A stretch of 64,000 bases of DNA from the human T2T-CHM13v2.0 reference genome, Homo sapiens (GCF_009914755.1 NC_060940.1); one strand, 5' to 3'; counted from the first letter of the stretch, positions 1-16,600 are shown. Made by a program: numbers and translations. The notes: a model not told the origin generated them from the sequence alone.

Positions 1-3000
1 ATGTTTCCTTTCAATTCCATTCGATGATGATTCCATTCGATTCCATTCATTGAGGATTCCATTTGATTCCATTCAATGATGATTCCATTCTATTCCATTC
101 AAAGATTGCATTCAATTCCATTCAATGATTATCCCATTAGTGTAAACTCAACGATTCCATTCAATACCATTCGATGATGATTCCTTTTGAGTCCATTCAA
201 TGATTTCATTCAAGTCCATTTGATGATTCCTTTCAATTCCATTCTATGATGATTCCATTCGAGTCCATTCGATGATTCCATTCGATTGCATTCGATGATT
301 CCATTATATTCCAGTCAACGATGATTCCATTCGAGTCCATTCGATGATTCCATTAGAGTACATTTAAGGATTGCTTTGTTTTCAATTCGAAGATGATTAC
401 ATTCGATTCCATTCTATGATACCATTCGATTCCATTCAATGATGACTCCACTCAAATGCATTGGATGATTCCATTCGTGTCCATTCGGTGATTTCATTAG
501 ATTCCATTCGAGGATGATTCTATTCGATTCCATTCGATGATTCCATTCAATTCCATTCGATGATGATTCCATTCGAGTCCATATGATCATTCCATTTGAT
601 TTCATTTGATGATGATTCCATTCGATTCCATTCGACGATTCCATTCTATTCCATTCGATGATGATTCCATTCGAGTCCATTCGATGATTCCATTCGAGTC
701 CATTTAATGATTCCATTGGGTTCAATTCAATGATGATTACATTGGATTCCGTTCTATGATTCCATTCAATTCCGTTCATTGACAATTTGATTCCATTCGA
801 TGATGATTCCATTTGAGTTCATTCGATGATTCTATTCGATTCTCTTCGATGGTGATTCAATTCTATTATATTGGATGATTCCATTCGATTCCATTTGATG
901 TTGATTCAATTCGATTCTATTCGATGACGATACCATTGGATTTCACTTGATGATTCTATTCGATTCCATTCAATGATGATTCACTTCTCGTCCATTGGAT
1001 GATTCCATTTCATTCCATTCGATGATGATTCCATTCGATTCCATTCGATGATTCCATTTGATTCCATGCGACGGTGAGCAATTCGATTCAATTCCATGAT
1101 GATTCTATTTGATTCAATTAGATGATGTTTCCATTCGAATCCATTCCATGATTATTCCATTGGAATCCATTCGGCGATGATTCCATATGAGTCAATTCAA
1201 TGATGATTCCATATGGGTCCGTTCGATGATAATTCCATTTGATTTCATTCGATGCTTCTATTCTATTCCAGTCGATGATGATTCCGTTGGAGTCCATACG
1301 ATGATTCCATTTGATTTCATTTCATGATGATTCCATTCGATGACGATTACATTGGATTCCATTCTATGATTCCATTCAATTCCATTCGTTGATGATTCGA
1401 TTCCATTCAATGATGATTCCATTTGAGTTCATTCGATGATTCTATTCGATTCCGTTCGATGGTGATTCAATTCTATTATATTGGATGATTCCACTCGATT
1501 CCATTTGATGATTATTCCATTGGAGTCCACTTAGTGAATCCTTTAGATTCTACTCGACGATGATTCCATTCGAGTCCATTCGATGATACCATTCAATTCC
1601 ATTCGTTGATGCTTCCATTCAAGTGCATTCGATGATATCATTCGATTCCATTTGATGATAATTCCATTTGATTCCATGCGATGATTCTCTTCGATTCCAT
1701 TCAATGATAATTCCATTCAATTCAGTGATTCCTCTGGACTCCATTTGATGATGATTCCATTCAATGATTCCATTCGATTCTATTCGAAAATGATTCCATT
1801 TGAATCCATTTGATGATGATTCCATTAGATTCCATTTGATGATTCCATTCGATTCCATTCGACGATGATTCCATTCGATTCCGTTTGATGATTCCATTCT
1901 ATTCTATTCGATGATGATTCCATTCGATTCCATTCGATGATGATTGGATTCGATTCCATTGGATGATTTCATTTGATTCCATTCGTTAATGATTTCGATC
2001 AATTCCATTTGATGATTCCATTCGATTCCATTCGATAATGATTACATCCGAGTCCATTCGATGATTCCCTTTGAGCCTGTTCGATAATTCCATTTGAGTC
2101 CAACCAATGATTCCATTCATTTCCATTCAATGATTCCATTCGAGTCCATTTGATCATTCCGGTAGGGTCCATTCGATGTTGATTCCATTGGAGTGCATTC
2201 GATGATTCCATTCGAGTCCATTTTAGGATTTGATTCGAGTCCTTTCGATGATTCCATTCGATTCCACTCGATGATGATTTCATTCGAGTCCATTCGACAC
2301 TTCCAATCGATTCCATTTGATGATTCCATTCGAGTCCAATTGATGATTCCATTCAATTCCATTCGATGATGATTCCGTACGATTCCATTCTGTGATGATT
2401 CCATGTGATTGCATTCAATGATGATTCCTTTCGATTGCATTCGATTATGATTCATTTCGTGTTCATTCTATGGTTCCACAGGTTTCCATTCGTGTCCATT
2501 CCATTATTCCATTCTATTCCATTTGATGATGATTCCATTCGATTCCATTCATTGGTGATTCCACTCAATTCCATTCAATGATTCCATTCCATTTCTTTCA
2601 ACAATGATTCCATTAGTTTCTAATCGATGATCCACTTGATTCCATTTGACGACGATTCCATTCTTGTCCATTCGATGATTCCATTTGATTCCATATGATG
2701 ATGATTCCATTCGATTCCATACCATGATGATTCCATTCGAGTCCATTCAATGGTGATTCCATTCAATTCCATTCGATGATTCCTTTCGATTCCATTCGAT
2801 GATGATGGCATTCGATTCCTTTCAATCATTCCCTTTGATTGCATTCAAAGGTGATTTCATTCAAGTCCATTCGATAATTGCATTCGATTCCATTCTATGA
2901 TGATTCCATTCGAGTCCATTTGATGATTCCATTCAATTCAAGTCAATGATGATTCCATTCGATTCCATTCGATGATTCCATTGGATTCCATTCGATGATG

Positions 3001-6000
3001 ATTCCATTCAAATCCTTTCGATAATTCAATTCAAGTCCATTCGATGATGATTCCAATCGAATCCATTCAAAGATTCCATTCAGTTCCATTCGATGATTCC
3101 CTTAGATTCCATTCGATGATTCCACTTGATTGCATTTACGATGATTCCATTCGATTCCATGTGATGATTCCATTCAATTCTATTCAATGATGTCTCCATT
3201 TGATTCCATTCGACCATGATTGCCTTTGATTCCATTCAATGATTCCATTCGGTTCCGTTTGATGATGATTCCGTTCGATTCCATTTGATGATTCCATTTG
3301 ATTCCATTGGATGGGTCCATTCGATTACATTCGATGATTATTCCATTCGAGTGCATTAGATGATTCCATTCGAGTCCATTCGATGATTCCATTCGATTCC
3401 ATTCGATGTTGATTCTGTTCAAATCCATTCGATGATTCCACTCGATTCCATTCGTTGACTCCATTTGATCCCATTCGATGATTTCCTTTGATTCCCTTTG
3501 ATGATCATTCCATTTGATTCAATTCGGTGATTTCATTTGATTCCATTCAGTGATGTTTCCATTCGACTCCATTCGATGATGATTCCATTCGACTCCATTC
3601 GATTATGATTTCATTCAATTCCATTCGATAATGATTCCCTTCGAGTCCATTCGATGATTCCATTCGATTCCATTCAACGATGTTTTGATTCGTGTCCATT
3701 CGATGATTCCATTTGATTCCACTTGATGATGATTCCATTCGAGTCCATTTGATGATTCCATTCAATTCCATACTCCGATGATTTCTTTTGAGCCCACTCA
3801 ATGCTTCCACTCGATTCCATATGATGATGACTCCATTCGATGAAATTCGATGATGATTCCATTCGCTTGCTTTCGATGATGATTCCACTTGAGTCCGTTA
3901 GAAGATTCTATTCAATTACATTCCATGACGATTCCGTTCGAGTCCATTTGATGATTCCATTAGACTCCATTCGACGATGATTCCATTCGATGTTATTCGA
4001 TGATTCCATTCGATCTCATTCGATGATGATTCCATTCAACTCCATTCGATGTTTCCATTCGAGTTCATTCTATTATTCCATTAGATTCCATTCGATGATG
4101 ATTCCATTCGATTCCATTTGATGATTGCATTCTATTTCATTTGATGATGATTCCATTCGAGTCCACTCGATGATTCCATTCGAGTCCATTTAATGAATCC
4201 ATTGGTTTCAATTCTATGATGATTACATTGGATTCCATTCGTTGATGATTTCATTCGGTTCCATTCAATGATGATTCCATTCAATTCCTTTCAATGTTTC
4301 CATTCAATTCCATACGATGATGATTCCATTTGATTTGATTCGACAGTGAGCCATTCGATTCAATTCCATGATGATTCTATTTGATTCAATTGGTTGACAT
4401 TTCCATTCGATTCCATTCGATGATGATTCCCTTTGATTCCGTTCAAAGATGATTCCATTCTAGCCCATTCAATCATTCCATTCGATTCTATTCAATGATG
4501 ATTCCATTCATGTCGATTTGGTGATTCCATTTGACTTCATTTGATGATGATTCCTTTCAAGTTCATTAGATGATTCCATTCGATTCCATTTGATGATGAT
4601 CCCATTCGAGTCCATTCAGTGATTCCATTCGTTTCCATTCCATGATGATTCCATTCCTTTCCATTCAATGATTCCATTCGATTCCGTTTGATGATGATTT
4701 CATTCGAGTCCATTTATGATTCCATTTGATTCCATTCGATGATGATTCCATTCGAGTCCATTCGATGATTCTATTCGAATCCATTTGATGATTTCTTTTG
4801 ATTATATTTGGTGATGATTCCATTGGAGTCCATTCAATGATTCCATTCTATTCCAATCGATGATGATTCCATTAGAGTCCATTTAATGATTCCATTTGAT
4901 TCCAGTCTCTGATGATTACACTCGAGTCCATACGATGATTCCACTCAATTCCATATGATGATGATTCCATTTGATTCCATTCGGTGATTCCATTCTATTC
5001 TATTCAATGGTGATTCCATTCGAGTACATTAGATGATTCCATTCGATTCCATTCAATGATGATTCTATTTGTGTCCCTTAGATGATTCCACATGATTCCA
5101 TTAGATGATGATACTATTTGAGCCCATCCAATGATTCCCTTCGATTCCATTCGATGAGGATTCCATTCGATTCAATTCATTGGTGATTCTATTCAATTCA
5201 ATTCTTTGATTCCATTCCATTCCATTCGATAATGATTCCATTCGATTTCTTTCGATGATTCCACTCGATTCCACTTGACATTGATTCCATTCGATTCCAT
5301 TCAATGATTCCATTTGATTCCAGTGGATGATGATTGCCATCGATTCCATTCGATCACTCCATTCTATTCCATTTGATGATGATTACATTCGATTCCATTT
5401 GATGATTCCATCTGATTCTATTCGAGGATTCCATTTGATTCCATTCGATGATGATTCCATTCGAGTCCATTCGATGATTTCATTCGAGTACATCCAATGA
5501 TTCCATTCGAGTCCATTAGATGATTCCATTTGATTCCATTTGAAAATGATTCTACTAGAGTCCATTCAATGACTCCATTCGAGTCCATTCAACAATTCCA
5601 TTCGACTCCATTCGATGATTCCATTCGATTCCATTTGATGGTTCCATTCGAGTCCATTTAATCATTACAGTCGAGTCCATTTGGTGATTCCACTGGATTT
5701 CTTTTGATAATGATACCATTCAATTACATTTGATGATGATCCCATTCAATTTCATTTGATGATGATTCCATTAGAGTCCATTCGATGATTTCATTCGAGT
5801 CCCTTCATTGATTCCATCCGATTTCATTGGATGATGACTCCATTCGAGTCCATTCGATGATTCCACTCGATTCCATTAGATGACTCCATTGGAGTCCATT
5901 TGATTGTTCCATTCGATTCCATTCGATTCCTTTCGAAGATTATTCCATTTGAGTCCATTCGATGATGATTCCATTCCATTCCATTCGATGATTCCGTTTG

Positions 6001-6111
6001 ATTCCATTCGATGATTCCCTTCGATTCCTTTCTTTGATGATTTCATTCCATTCCATTCAATGATTCCATTCGAATCTATTCCATGATGATTCCTTTCGAT
6101 TCCATTCGCTG
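1..6111 (+). repeat. Complete 6,111-bp higher-order unit (HSat2B-like ~6.1-kb period); next copy runs 6112 to ~9890
   Basis: Position 1 'atgtttcc(t)ttcaattcc' recurs at 6112. ORFs 414, 1619, 1999 and 2117 recur at 6525, 7730, 8110 and 8228 (all +6111). The offset becomes +6127 and +6130 after 16-bp and 3-bp indels. A ~6.1-kb period is the established hallmark of HSat2B, e.g. the chr16 array; the subfamily call rests on period only. Confidence 0.85.
296..355 (-). promoter_or_regulatory. Example pair of DUX4-type motifs (TAATGGAATCA on -), recurring throughout the array
   Basis: 'tgattccatta' at 296-306 and 345-355 is the reverse complement of TAATGGAATCA, which fits the DUX4 consensus TAAYBBAATCA. 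DUX4 binding to and activation of HSATII is established. Occupancy at this locus cannot be shown from sequence. Confidence 0.4.
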
Positions 6112-7609
6112 ATGTTTCCGTTCAATTCCATTCGATGATGATTCCATTCGATTCCATTCATTGAGGATTCCATTTGATTCCATTCAATGATGATTCCATT
6201 CTATTCCATTCAATGATTGCATTCAATTCCATACAATGATTATCCCATTAGAGTAAACTCAACGATTCCATTCAATACCATTCGATGATGATTCCTTTTG
6301 AGTCCATTCAATGATTTCATTCAAGTCCATTTGATGATTCCTTTCAATTCCATTCTATGATGATTCCATTCGAGACCATTCGATGATTCCATTCAATTGC
6401 ATTTGATGATTCCATTATATTCCATTCAACGGTGATTCCATTCGAGTCCATTCCATGATTCCATTAGAGTACATTTAATGATTGCTTTGTTTTCAATTCG
6501 AAGATGATTACATTGGATTCCATTCTATGATACCATTCGATTCCATTCAATGATGATTCCACTCAAATCCATTGGATGATTCCATTCGTGTCCATTCGGT
6601 GATTTCATTAGATTCCATTCGAGGATGATTCCATTCGATTCCATTCGATGATTCCATTCAATTCCATTCGATGATGATTCCATTCCAGTCCATATGATCA
6701 TTCCATTTGATTTCATTCGATGATGATTCCATTCGATTCCATTCGATGATTCCATTCTATTCCATTCGATGATGATTCCATTCGAGTCCATTCGATGATT
6801 CCATTCGAGTCCATTTAATGATTCCATTGGGTTCAATTCAATGATGATTACATTGGATTCCGTTCTATGATTCCATTCAATTCCATTCATTGACAATTTG
6901 ATTCCATTCGATGATGATTCCATTTGAGTTCATTCGATGATTCTATTCGATTCTCTTCGATGGTGATTCAATTCTATTATATTGGATGATTCCATTCGAT
7001 TCCATTTGATGTTGATTCAATTCGATTCTATTCGATGATGATTCCATTGGATTTCACTTGATGATTCTATTCGATTCCATTCAATGATGATTCACTTCTC
7101 GTCCATTGGATGATTCCATTTCATTCCATTCGATGATGATTCCATTCGATTCCATTCGATGATTCCATTTGATTCCATGCGTCGGTGAGCAATTCGATTC
7201 AATTCCATGATGATTCTATTTGATTCAATTAGATGATGTTTCCATTCGAATCCATTCCATGATTATTCCATTGGAATCCATTCGGCGATGATTCCATATG
7301 AGTCAATTCAATGATGATTCCATATGGGTCCGTTCGATGATAATTCCATTTGATTTCATTCGATGCTTCTATTCTATTCCAGTCGATGATGATTCCATTG
7401 GAGTCCATACGATGATTCCATTTGATTTCATTTGATGATGATTCCATTCGATGATGATTACATTGGATTCCATTCTATGATTCCATTCAATTCCATTCGT
7501 TGATGATTCGATTCCATTCAATGATGATTCCATTTGAGTTCATTCGATGATTCTATTCGATTCCGTTCGATGGTGACTCAATTCTATTATACTGGATGAT
7601 TCCAGTCGA

Positions 7610-10600
7610 TTCCATTTGATGATTATTCCATTGGAGTCCATTTAGTGAATCCTTTAGATTCTACTCGACGATGATTCCATTCGAGTCCATTCGATGATAC
7701 CATTCAATTCCATTCGTTGATGCTTCCATTCAAGTGCATTCGATGATATCATTCGATTCCATTTGATGATAATTCCATTTGATTCCATGCGATGATTCTA
7801 TTCGATTCCATTCAATGATAATTCCATTCAATTCAGTGATTCCTCTGGACTCCATTTGATGATGATTCCATTCAATGATTCCATTCGATTCTATTCGAAA
7901 ATGATTCCATTTGAATCCATTTGATGATGATTCCATTAGATTCCATTTGATGATTCCATTCGATTCCATTCGACGATGATTCCATTCGATTCCGTTTGAT
8001 GATTCCATTCTATTCTATTCGATGATGATTCCATTCGATTCCATTCGATGATGATTGGATTCGATTCCATTTGATGATTTCATTTGATTCCATTCGTTAA
8101 TGATTTCGATCAATTCCATTCGATGATTCCATTCGATTCCATTCGATAATGATTACATCCGAGTCCATTCGATGATTCCATTTGAGCCTGTTCGATAATT
8201 CCATTTGAGTCCAACCAATGATTCCATTCATTTCCATTCAATGATTCCATTCGAGTCCATTTGATCATTCCGGTAGGGTCCATTCGATGTTGATTCCATT
8301 GGAGTGCATTCGATGATTCCATTCGAGTCCATTTTAGGATTTGATTCGAGTCCTTTCGATGATTCCATTCGATTCCACTCGATGATGATTTCATTCGAGT
8401 CCATTCGACACTTCCAATCGATTCCATTTGATGATTCCATTCGAGTCCAATTGATGATTCCATTCAATTCCATTCGATGATGATTCCGTACGATACCATT
8501 CTGTGATGATTCCATGTGATTGCATTCAATGATGATTCCTTTCGATTGCATTCGATTATGATTCATTTCGTGTTCATTCTATGGTTCCACAGGTTTCCAT
8601 TCGATGACGTTTCCGTTCGTGTCCATTCCATTATTCCATTCTATTTCATTTGATGATGATTCCATTCGATTCCATTCATTGGTGATTCCACTCAATTCCA
8701 TTCAATGATTCCATTCCATTTCTTTCAACAATGATTCCATTAGTTTCTATTCGATGATCCACTTGATTCCATTTGGCGATGATTCCATTCGTGTCCATTC
8801 GATGATTCCATTTGATTCCATATGATGATGATTCCATTCGATTCCATACCATGATGATTCCATTCGAGTCCATTCAATGGTGATTCCATTCAATTCCATT
8901 CGATGATTCCTTCCGATTCCATTCGATGATGATGGCATTCGATTCCTTTCAATCATTCCCTTTGATTCCATTCAAAGATGATTTCATTCAAGTCCGTTCG
9001 ATAATTTCATTTGATTCCATTCTATGATGATTCCATTCGAGTCCATTTGATGATTCCATTCAATTCAAGTCAATGATGATTCCATTCAATTCCACTCGAT
9101 GATTCCATTGGATTCCATTCGATGATGATTCCATTCAAATCCATTCGATAATTCAATTCAAGTCCATTCGATGATGATTCCAATCGAATCCATTCAAAGA
9201 TTCCATTCAATTCCATTCGATGATGATTCCCTTAGATTCCATTCGATGATTCCACTTGATTCCATTTACGATGATTCCATTCGATTCCATGTGATGAATC
9301 CATTCAATTCTATTCAATGATGTTTCCATTTGATTCCATTGGACCATGATTGCCTTTGATTCCATTCAATGATTCCATTCGGTTCCATTTGATGATGATT
9401 CCGTTCGATTCCATTTCATTATTCCATTTGATTCCATTGGATGAGTCCATTCGATTACATTCGATGATTATTCCATTCGAGTGCATTAGATGATTGCATT
9501 CGAGTCCATTCGATGATTCCATTCGATTCCATTCGATGTTGATTCTGTTCAAATCCATTCGATGATTCCACTCGATTCCATTCGATGACTCCATTTGATC
9601 CCATTCGATGATTTCCTGTGATTCCCTTTGATGATCATTCTATTTGATTCAATTCGGTGATTTCATTTCATTCCATTCAGTGATGTTTCCATTCGACTGT
9701 ATTCGATGATGATTCCATTCGACTCCATTCGATTATGATTTCATTCAATTCCATTCAATAATGATTCCCTTCGAGTCCATTCGATGATTCCATTCGATTC
9801 CATTCAACGATGATTTGATTCGTTTCCATTCGATGATTCCATTTGATTCCACTTGATGATGATTCCATTCGAGTCCATTTGATGATTCCATTCGAGTCTA
9901 TTTATGTATTATATTCGTGTCCACTTCATGATTCCATTCAATTCCATTTAATGTTGATTCCATTTGATGATTCAGTTCGATTCCTTGCAATGATTCCCTA
10001 CGATTCCTTTCTATGATGATTCCATTCGATTCCATTCATTGATGATTTCATTCGACTCCATTCGATGATGATTCCTTACGTTTCCATTTGACGATGTTTC
10101 CCTTCGAGTCCATTCGATGATGATTCTATTCAATTCTGTTCTATTATGATTCCATTCGATTTCATTCAATGCTTCTATTTGATTCCATTCGATGATGATT
10201 CCATCTCTTTCCCTTCGATGATTCCATTTGATTCCATTCAGTGATGATTCCATTTGATTCCATCTGATGATGATTTCACTTGATTCCTTTCAATGATGAT
10301 TCAATTCAAGTCCATTCGATGATTCCATTGGAGTCCAAACGATCATTCCGTTCGATTCCATTCAATGGTGATTCCATTCATGTCCATTCGATGAATCCAT
10401 TCAATTCCATTCGATGATGACTCCATTCGAGTACATTCGATGATTCCATTTGATTCCATTTGAAGATGATTCCATTCAATTCCATTCGAAGATGATTCCA
10501 TTCAATTCCATTCGATGATGATTCCGTATGAATCCATTCTCTGATTATTCCATTCGATTCCATTCATTGACGATTCCATTCAATTCCATTCAATGATGAT

Positions 10601-13600
10601 TCTCTTCTATTCCATTCGATGATTCCGGTCGATTCCATTCGATGATGATTCCATTAGATTCCATTCGATTGTTGCATTCGATTCCCTTCGATGATGATTC
10701 CTTTGAATTCCATTCGATTATCATTCCGTATGAATCCATTTGATGATTATTCCATTGGATTCCTTTCGATGATGATTCCATTCGATTCCATTTGATGATG
10801 TTTCTCTTGTATTCCATTGGATAATTCCTTTCAGTTCCCTTCGATGATTATTCTTTCGAGTCAATTCGATGATTCTATTCCATTCCCTTCGATGATGATT
10901 CCATTTCACTCCATTTGATGATTCCATTCGACTCAATTTGGTGATGATTCAATTCGATGACATTCGATGACTCCATTCAATTTCATTTGATGATGATTAC
11001 ATTCGAGTCCATTTGATGATTGTATTCCTTTCCTTTTGATGATTATTCCATTCGTGTCTATTCAAAGATTCCATTCTATTCCATTCAATGATGATTGCAT
11101 TTGATTCCATTCAATGATTATGGCTATCGATTCCACTCGTTGATTCCATTTGATTCCGTTCGATGATTATTCCGTTAGATTCCATTAGAAGATTCCATTC
11201 GATTTTATTCAATGATTCCAATGGATTCCATTCAATGATGATTCCATTCGACTCCATTCAGTGATTCCATTCGAGTCCATTTGATGATTCCATTCTTTTC
11301 CATTTGATGATGATTCCATTAGGGTCCATTCAATGATTCCATTCGAGTCCATTCGTTAATGCCTTTCGAGTCCTTTTGATCACTACATTCGAGTCCATTC
11401 AATGATTCTATTCGATTCCATTCCATGATGATTCCATTCGAGTTCATTCGATGATTGCATTCGAGTCCATTTGATGATTCCATATGATTCCCTTCGACAA
11501 TGATTCCATTCGTGTCCATTTGATGATTCCATTCATTTCCTATCGATGAAGATTCCATTCAAGTGTATTCGATGATTCCATTCAAATCCATTCGATGATG
11601 ATTCCATTCCAGTCCATTCGATCATTCCACTTGATTCCATTTGATGACTATTCCATTCAAATCCATTTGATGATTCCATTCGATTCCATTCGATGTTACC
11701 ATTCGAGTATATACGATGATTCCACTCGATTCCATTTGATGATTATTCCATTGGAGTCCACTTAGTGAATCCTTTAGATTCTACTCGAAGATGATTCCAT
11801 TCGAGTCCATTCGATGATACCATTCAATTCTATTCGTTGATGCTTCCATTCAAGTGCATTCGATGATATCATTCGATTCCATTTGATGATAATTCCATTT
11901 GATTCCATGCGATGATTCTATTCGATTCCATTCAATGATAATTCCATTCAATTCAGTGATTCCTCTGGACTCCATTTGATGATGATTCCATTCAATGATT
12001 CCATTCGATTCTATTCCAAAATGATTCCATTTGAATCCATTTGATGATGATTCCATTAGATTCCATTTGATGATTCCATTCGATTCCATTTGACGATGAT
12101 TCCATTCGATTCCATTTGATGATTCCATTCTATTCTATTCGATGATGATTCCATTCGATTCCATTTGATGATGATTGGATTCGATTCCATTTGATGATTT
12201 CATTTGATTCCATTCGTTAATGATTTCGATCAACTCCATTCGTTGATTCCATTTGATTCCATTCGATAATGATTACATCCGAGTCCATTCGATGATTCCA
12301 TTTGAGCCCGTTCGATAATTCCATTTGAGTCCAATGAATGATTCCATTCATTTCCATTCAATGATTCCATTCGAGTCCATTTGATCATTCTGGTAGGGTC
12401 CGTTCGATGTTGATTCCATTGGAGTGCATTCGATGATTCCATTCGAGTCCATTTTATGATTTGATTCGAGTCCTTTCGATGATTCCATTCGATTCCACTC
12501 GATGATGATTTCATTCGAGTCCATTCGACACTTCCAATCGATTCCATTTGATGTTTCCATTCGAGTCCAATTGATGATTCCATTCAATTCCATTCGATGA
12601 TGATTCCGTACGATTCCATTCTGTGATGATTCCATGTGATTGCATTCAATGATGATTCCTTTCGATTGCATTCGATTATGATTCATTTCGTGTTCATTCT
12701 ATGGTTCCACAGGTTTCCATTCGATGACGTTTCCGTTCGTGTCCATTCCATTATTCCATTCTATTTCATTTGATGATGATTCCATTCGATTCCATTCATT
12801 GGTGATTCCACTCAATTCCATTCAATGATTCCATTCCATTTCTTTCAACAATGATTCCCTTAGTTTCTATTCGATGATCCACTTGATTCCATTTGGCGAT
12901 GATTCCATTCGTGTCCATTCGATGATTCCATTTGATTCCATATGATGATGATTCCATTCGATTCCATACCATGATGATTCCATTCGAGTCCATTCAATGG
13001 TGATTCCATTCAATTCCATTCGATGATTCCTTCCGATTCCATTCGATGATGATGGCATTCGATTCCTTTCAATCATTCCCTTTGATTCCATTCAAAGGTG
13101 ATTTCATTCAAGTCCATTCGATAATTGCATTCGATTCCATTCTATGATGATTCCATTCGAGTCCATTTGATGATTCCATTCAATTCAAGTCAATGATGAT
13201 TCCATTCGATTCCACTCGATGATTCCATTGGATTCCATTCGATGATGATTCCATTCAAATCCATTCGATAATTCAATTCAAGTCCATTCGATGATGATTC
13301 CAATCGAATCCATTCAAAGATTCCATTCAATTCCATTCGATGATGATTCCCTTAGATTCCATTCGATGATTCCACTTGATTCCATTTACGATGATTCCAT
13401 TTGATTCCATGTGATGAATCCATTCAATTCTATTCAATGATGTTTCCATTTGATTCCATTGGACCATGATTGCCTTTGATTCCATTCAATGATTCCATTC
13501 GGTTCCATTTGATGATGATTCCGTTCGATTCCATTTCATTATTCCATTTGATTCCATTGGATGAGTCCATTCGATTACATTCGATGATTATTCCATTCGA

Positions 13601-16600
13601 GTGCATTAGATGATTGCATTCGAGTCCATTCGATGATTCCATTCGATTCCATTCGATGTTGATTCTGTTCAAATCCATTCGATGATTCCACTCGATTCCA
13701 TTCGATGACTCCATTTGATCCCATTCGATGATTTCCTGTGATTCCCTTTGATGATCATTCTATTTGATTCAATTCGGTGATTTCATTTCATTCCATTCAG
13801 TGATGTTTCCATTCGACTGTATTCGATGATGATTCCATTCGACTCCATTCGATTATGATTTCATTCAATTCCATTCAATAATGATTCCCTTCGAGTCCAT
13901 TCGATGATTCCATTCGATTCCATTCAACGATGATTTGATTCGTTTCCATTCGATGATTCCATTTGATTCCACTTGATGATGATTCCATTCGAGTCCATTT
14001 GATGATTCCATTCGAGTCTATTTATGTATTATATTCGTGTCCACTTCATGATTCCATTCAATTCCATTTAATGTTGATTCCATTTGATTCCATTTGATGA
14101 TTCAGTTCGATTCCTTGCAATGATTCCCTACGATTCCTTTCTATGATGATTCCATTCGATTCCATTCATTGATGATTTCATTCGACTCCATTCGATGATG
14201 ATTCCTTTCGATTCCATTTGACGATGTTTCCATTCGAGTCCATTCGATGATGATTCTATTCAATTCTGTTCTATTATGATTCCATTCGATTTCATTCAAT
14301 GCTTCTATTTGATTCCATTCGATGATGATTCCATCTCTTTCCCTTCGATGATTCCATTTGATTCCATTCAGTGATGATTCCATTTGATTCCATCTGATGA
14401 TGATTTCACTTGATTCCTTTCAATGATGATTCAATTCAAGTCCATTCTATGACTCCATTGGAGTCCAAACGATCATTCCGTTCGATTCCATTCAATGGTG
14501 ATTCCATTCATGTCCATTCGATGAATCCATTCAATTCCATTCGATGATGACTCCATTCGAGTACATTCGATGATTCCATTTGATTCCATTTGAAGATGAT
14601 TCCATTCAATTCCATTCGAAGATGATTCCATTCAATTCCATTCGATGATGATTCCGTATGAATCCATTCTCTGATTATTCCATTCGATTCCATTCATTGA
14701 CGATTCCATTCAATTCCATTCAATGATGATTCTCTTCTATTCCATTCGATGATTCCGGTCGATTCCATTCGATGATGATTCCATTAGATTCCATTCGATT
14801 GTTGCATTCGATTCCCTTCGATGATGATTCCTTTGAATTCCATTCGATTATCATTCCGTATGAATCCATTTGATGATTATTCCATTGGATTCCTTTCGAT
14901 GATGATTCCATTCGATTCCATTTGATGATGTTTCTCTTGTATTCCATTGGATAATTCCTTTCAGTTCCCTTCGATGATTATTCTTTCGAGTCAATTCGAT
15001 GATTCTATTCCATTCCCTTCGATGATGATTCCATTTCACTCCATTTGATGATTCCATTCGACTCAATTTGGTGATGATTCAATTCGATGACATTCGATGA
15101 CTCCATTCAATTTCATTTGATGATGATTACATTCGAGTCCATTTGATGATTGTATTCCTTTCCTTTTGATGATTATTCCATTCGTGTCTATTCAAAGGTT
15201 CCATTCTATTCCATTCAATGATGATTGCATTTGATTCCATTCAATGATTATGGCTATCGATTCCACTCGTTGATTCCATTTGATTCCGTTCGATGATTAT
15301 TCCGTTAGATTCCATTAGAAGATTCCATTCGATTTTATTCAATGATTCCAATGGATTCCATTCAATGATGATTCCATTCGACTCCATTCAGTGATTCCAT
15401 TCGAGTCCATTTGATGATTCCATTCTTTTCCATTTGATGATGATTCCATTAGGGTCCATTCAATGATTCCATTCGAGTCCATTCGTTAATGCCTTTCGAG
15501 TCCTTTTGATCACTACATTCGAGTCCATTCAATGATTCTATTCGATTCCATTCCATGATGATTCCATTCGAGTTCATTCGATGATTGCATTCGAGTCCAT
15601 TTGATGATTCCATATGATTCCCTTCGACAATGATTCCATTCGTGTCCATTTGATGATTCCATTCATTTCCTATCGATGAAGATTCCATTCAAGTGTATTC
15701 GATGATTCCATTCAAATCCATTCGATGATGATTCCATTCCAGTCCATTCGATCATTCCACTTGATTCCATTTGATGACTATTCCATTCAAATCCATTTGA
15801 TGATTCCATTCGATTCCATTCGATGTTACCATTCGAGTATATACGATGATTCCACTCGATTCCATTTGATGATTATTCCATTGGAGTCCACTTAGTGAAT
15901 CCTTTAGATTCTACTCGAAGATGATTCCATTCGAGTCCATTCGATGATACCATTCAATTCTATTCGTTGATGCTTCCATTCAAGTGCATTCGATGATATC
16001 ATTCGATTCCATTTGATGATAATTCCATTTGATTCCATGCGATGATTCTATTCGATTCCATTCAATGATAATTCCATTCAATTCAGTGATTCCTCTGGAC
16101 TCCATTTGATGATGATTCCATTCAATGATTCCATTCGATTCTATTCCAAAATGATTCCATTTGAATCCATTTGATGATGATTCCATTAGATTCCATTTGA
16201 TGATTCCATTCGATTCCATTTGACGATGATTCCATTCGATTCCATTTGATGATTCCATTCTATTCTATTCGATGATGATTCCATTCGATTCCATTTGATG
16301 ATGATTGGATTCGATTCCATTTGATGATTTCATTTGATTCCATTCGTTAATGATTTCGATCAACTCCATTCGTTGATTCCATTTGATTCCATTCGATAAT
16401 GATTACATCCGAGTCCATTCGATGATTCCATTTGAGCCCGTTCGATAATTCCATTTGAGTCCAATGAATGATTCCATTCATTTCCATTCAATGATTCCAT
16501 TCGAGTCCATTTGATCATTCTGGTAGGGTCCGTTCGATGTTGATTCCATTGGAGTGCATTCGATGATTCCATTCGAGTCCATTTTATGATTTGATTCGAG

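Noticed and set aside
2461-2500. Atypical islands such as 'ctatggttccacaggtttcc', 'ggtagggtcc' and 'tttatgtattatattcgtg' as possible foreign insertions
   Set aside because: They are short, remain in phase with the CATTC/GAT pattern, lack target-site duplications or poly-A, and recur in each unit copy. They are simply diverged monomers.
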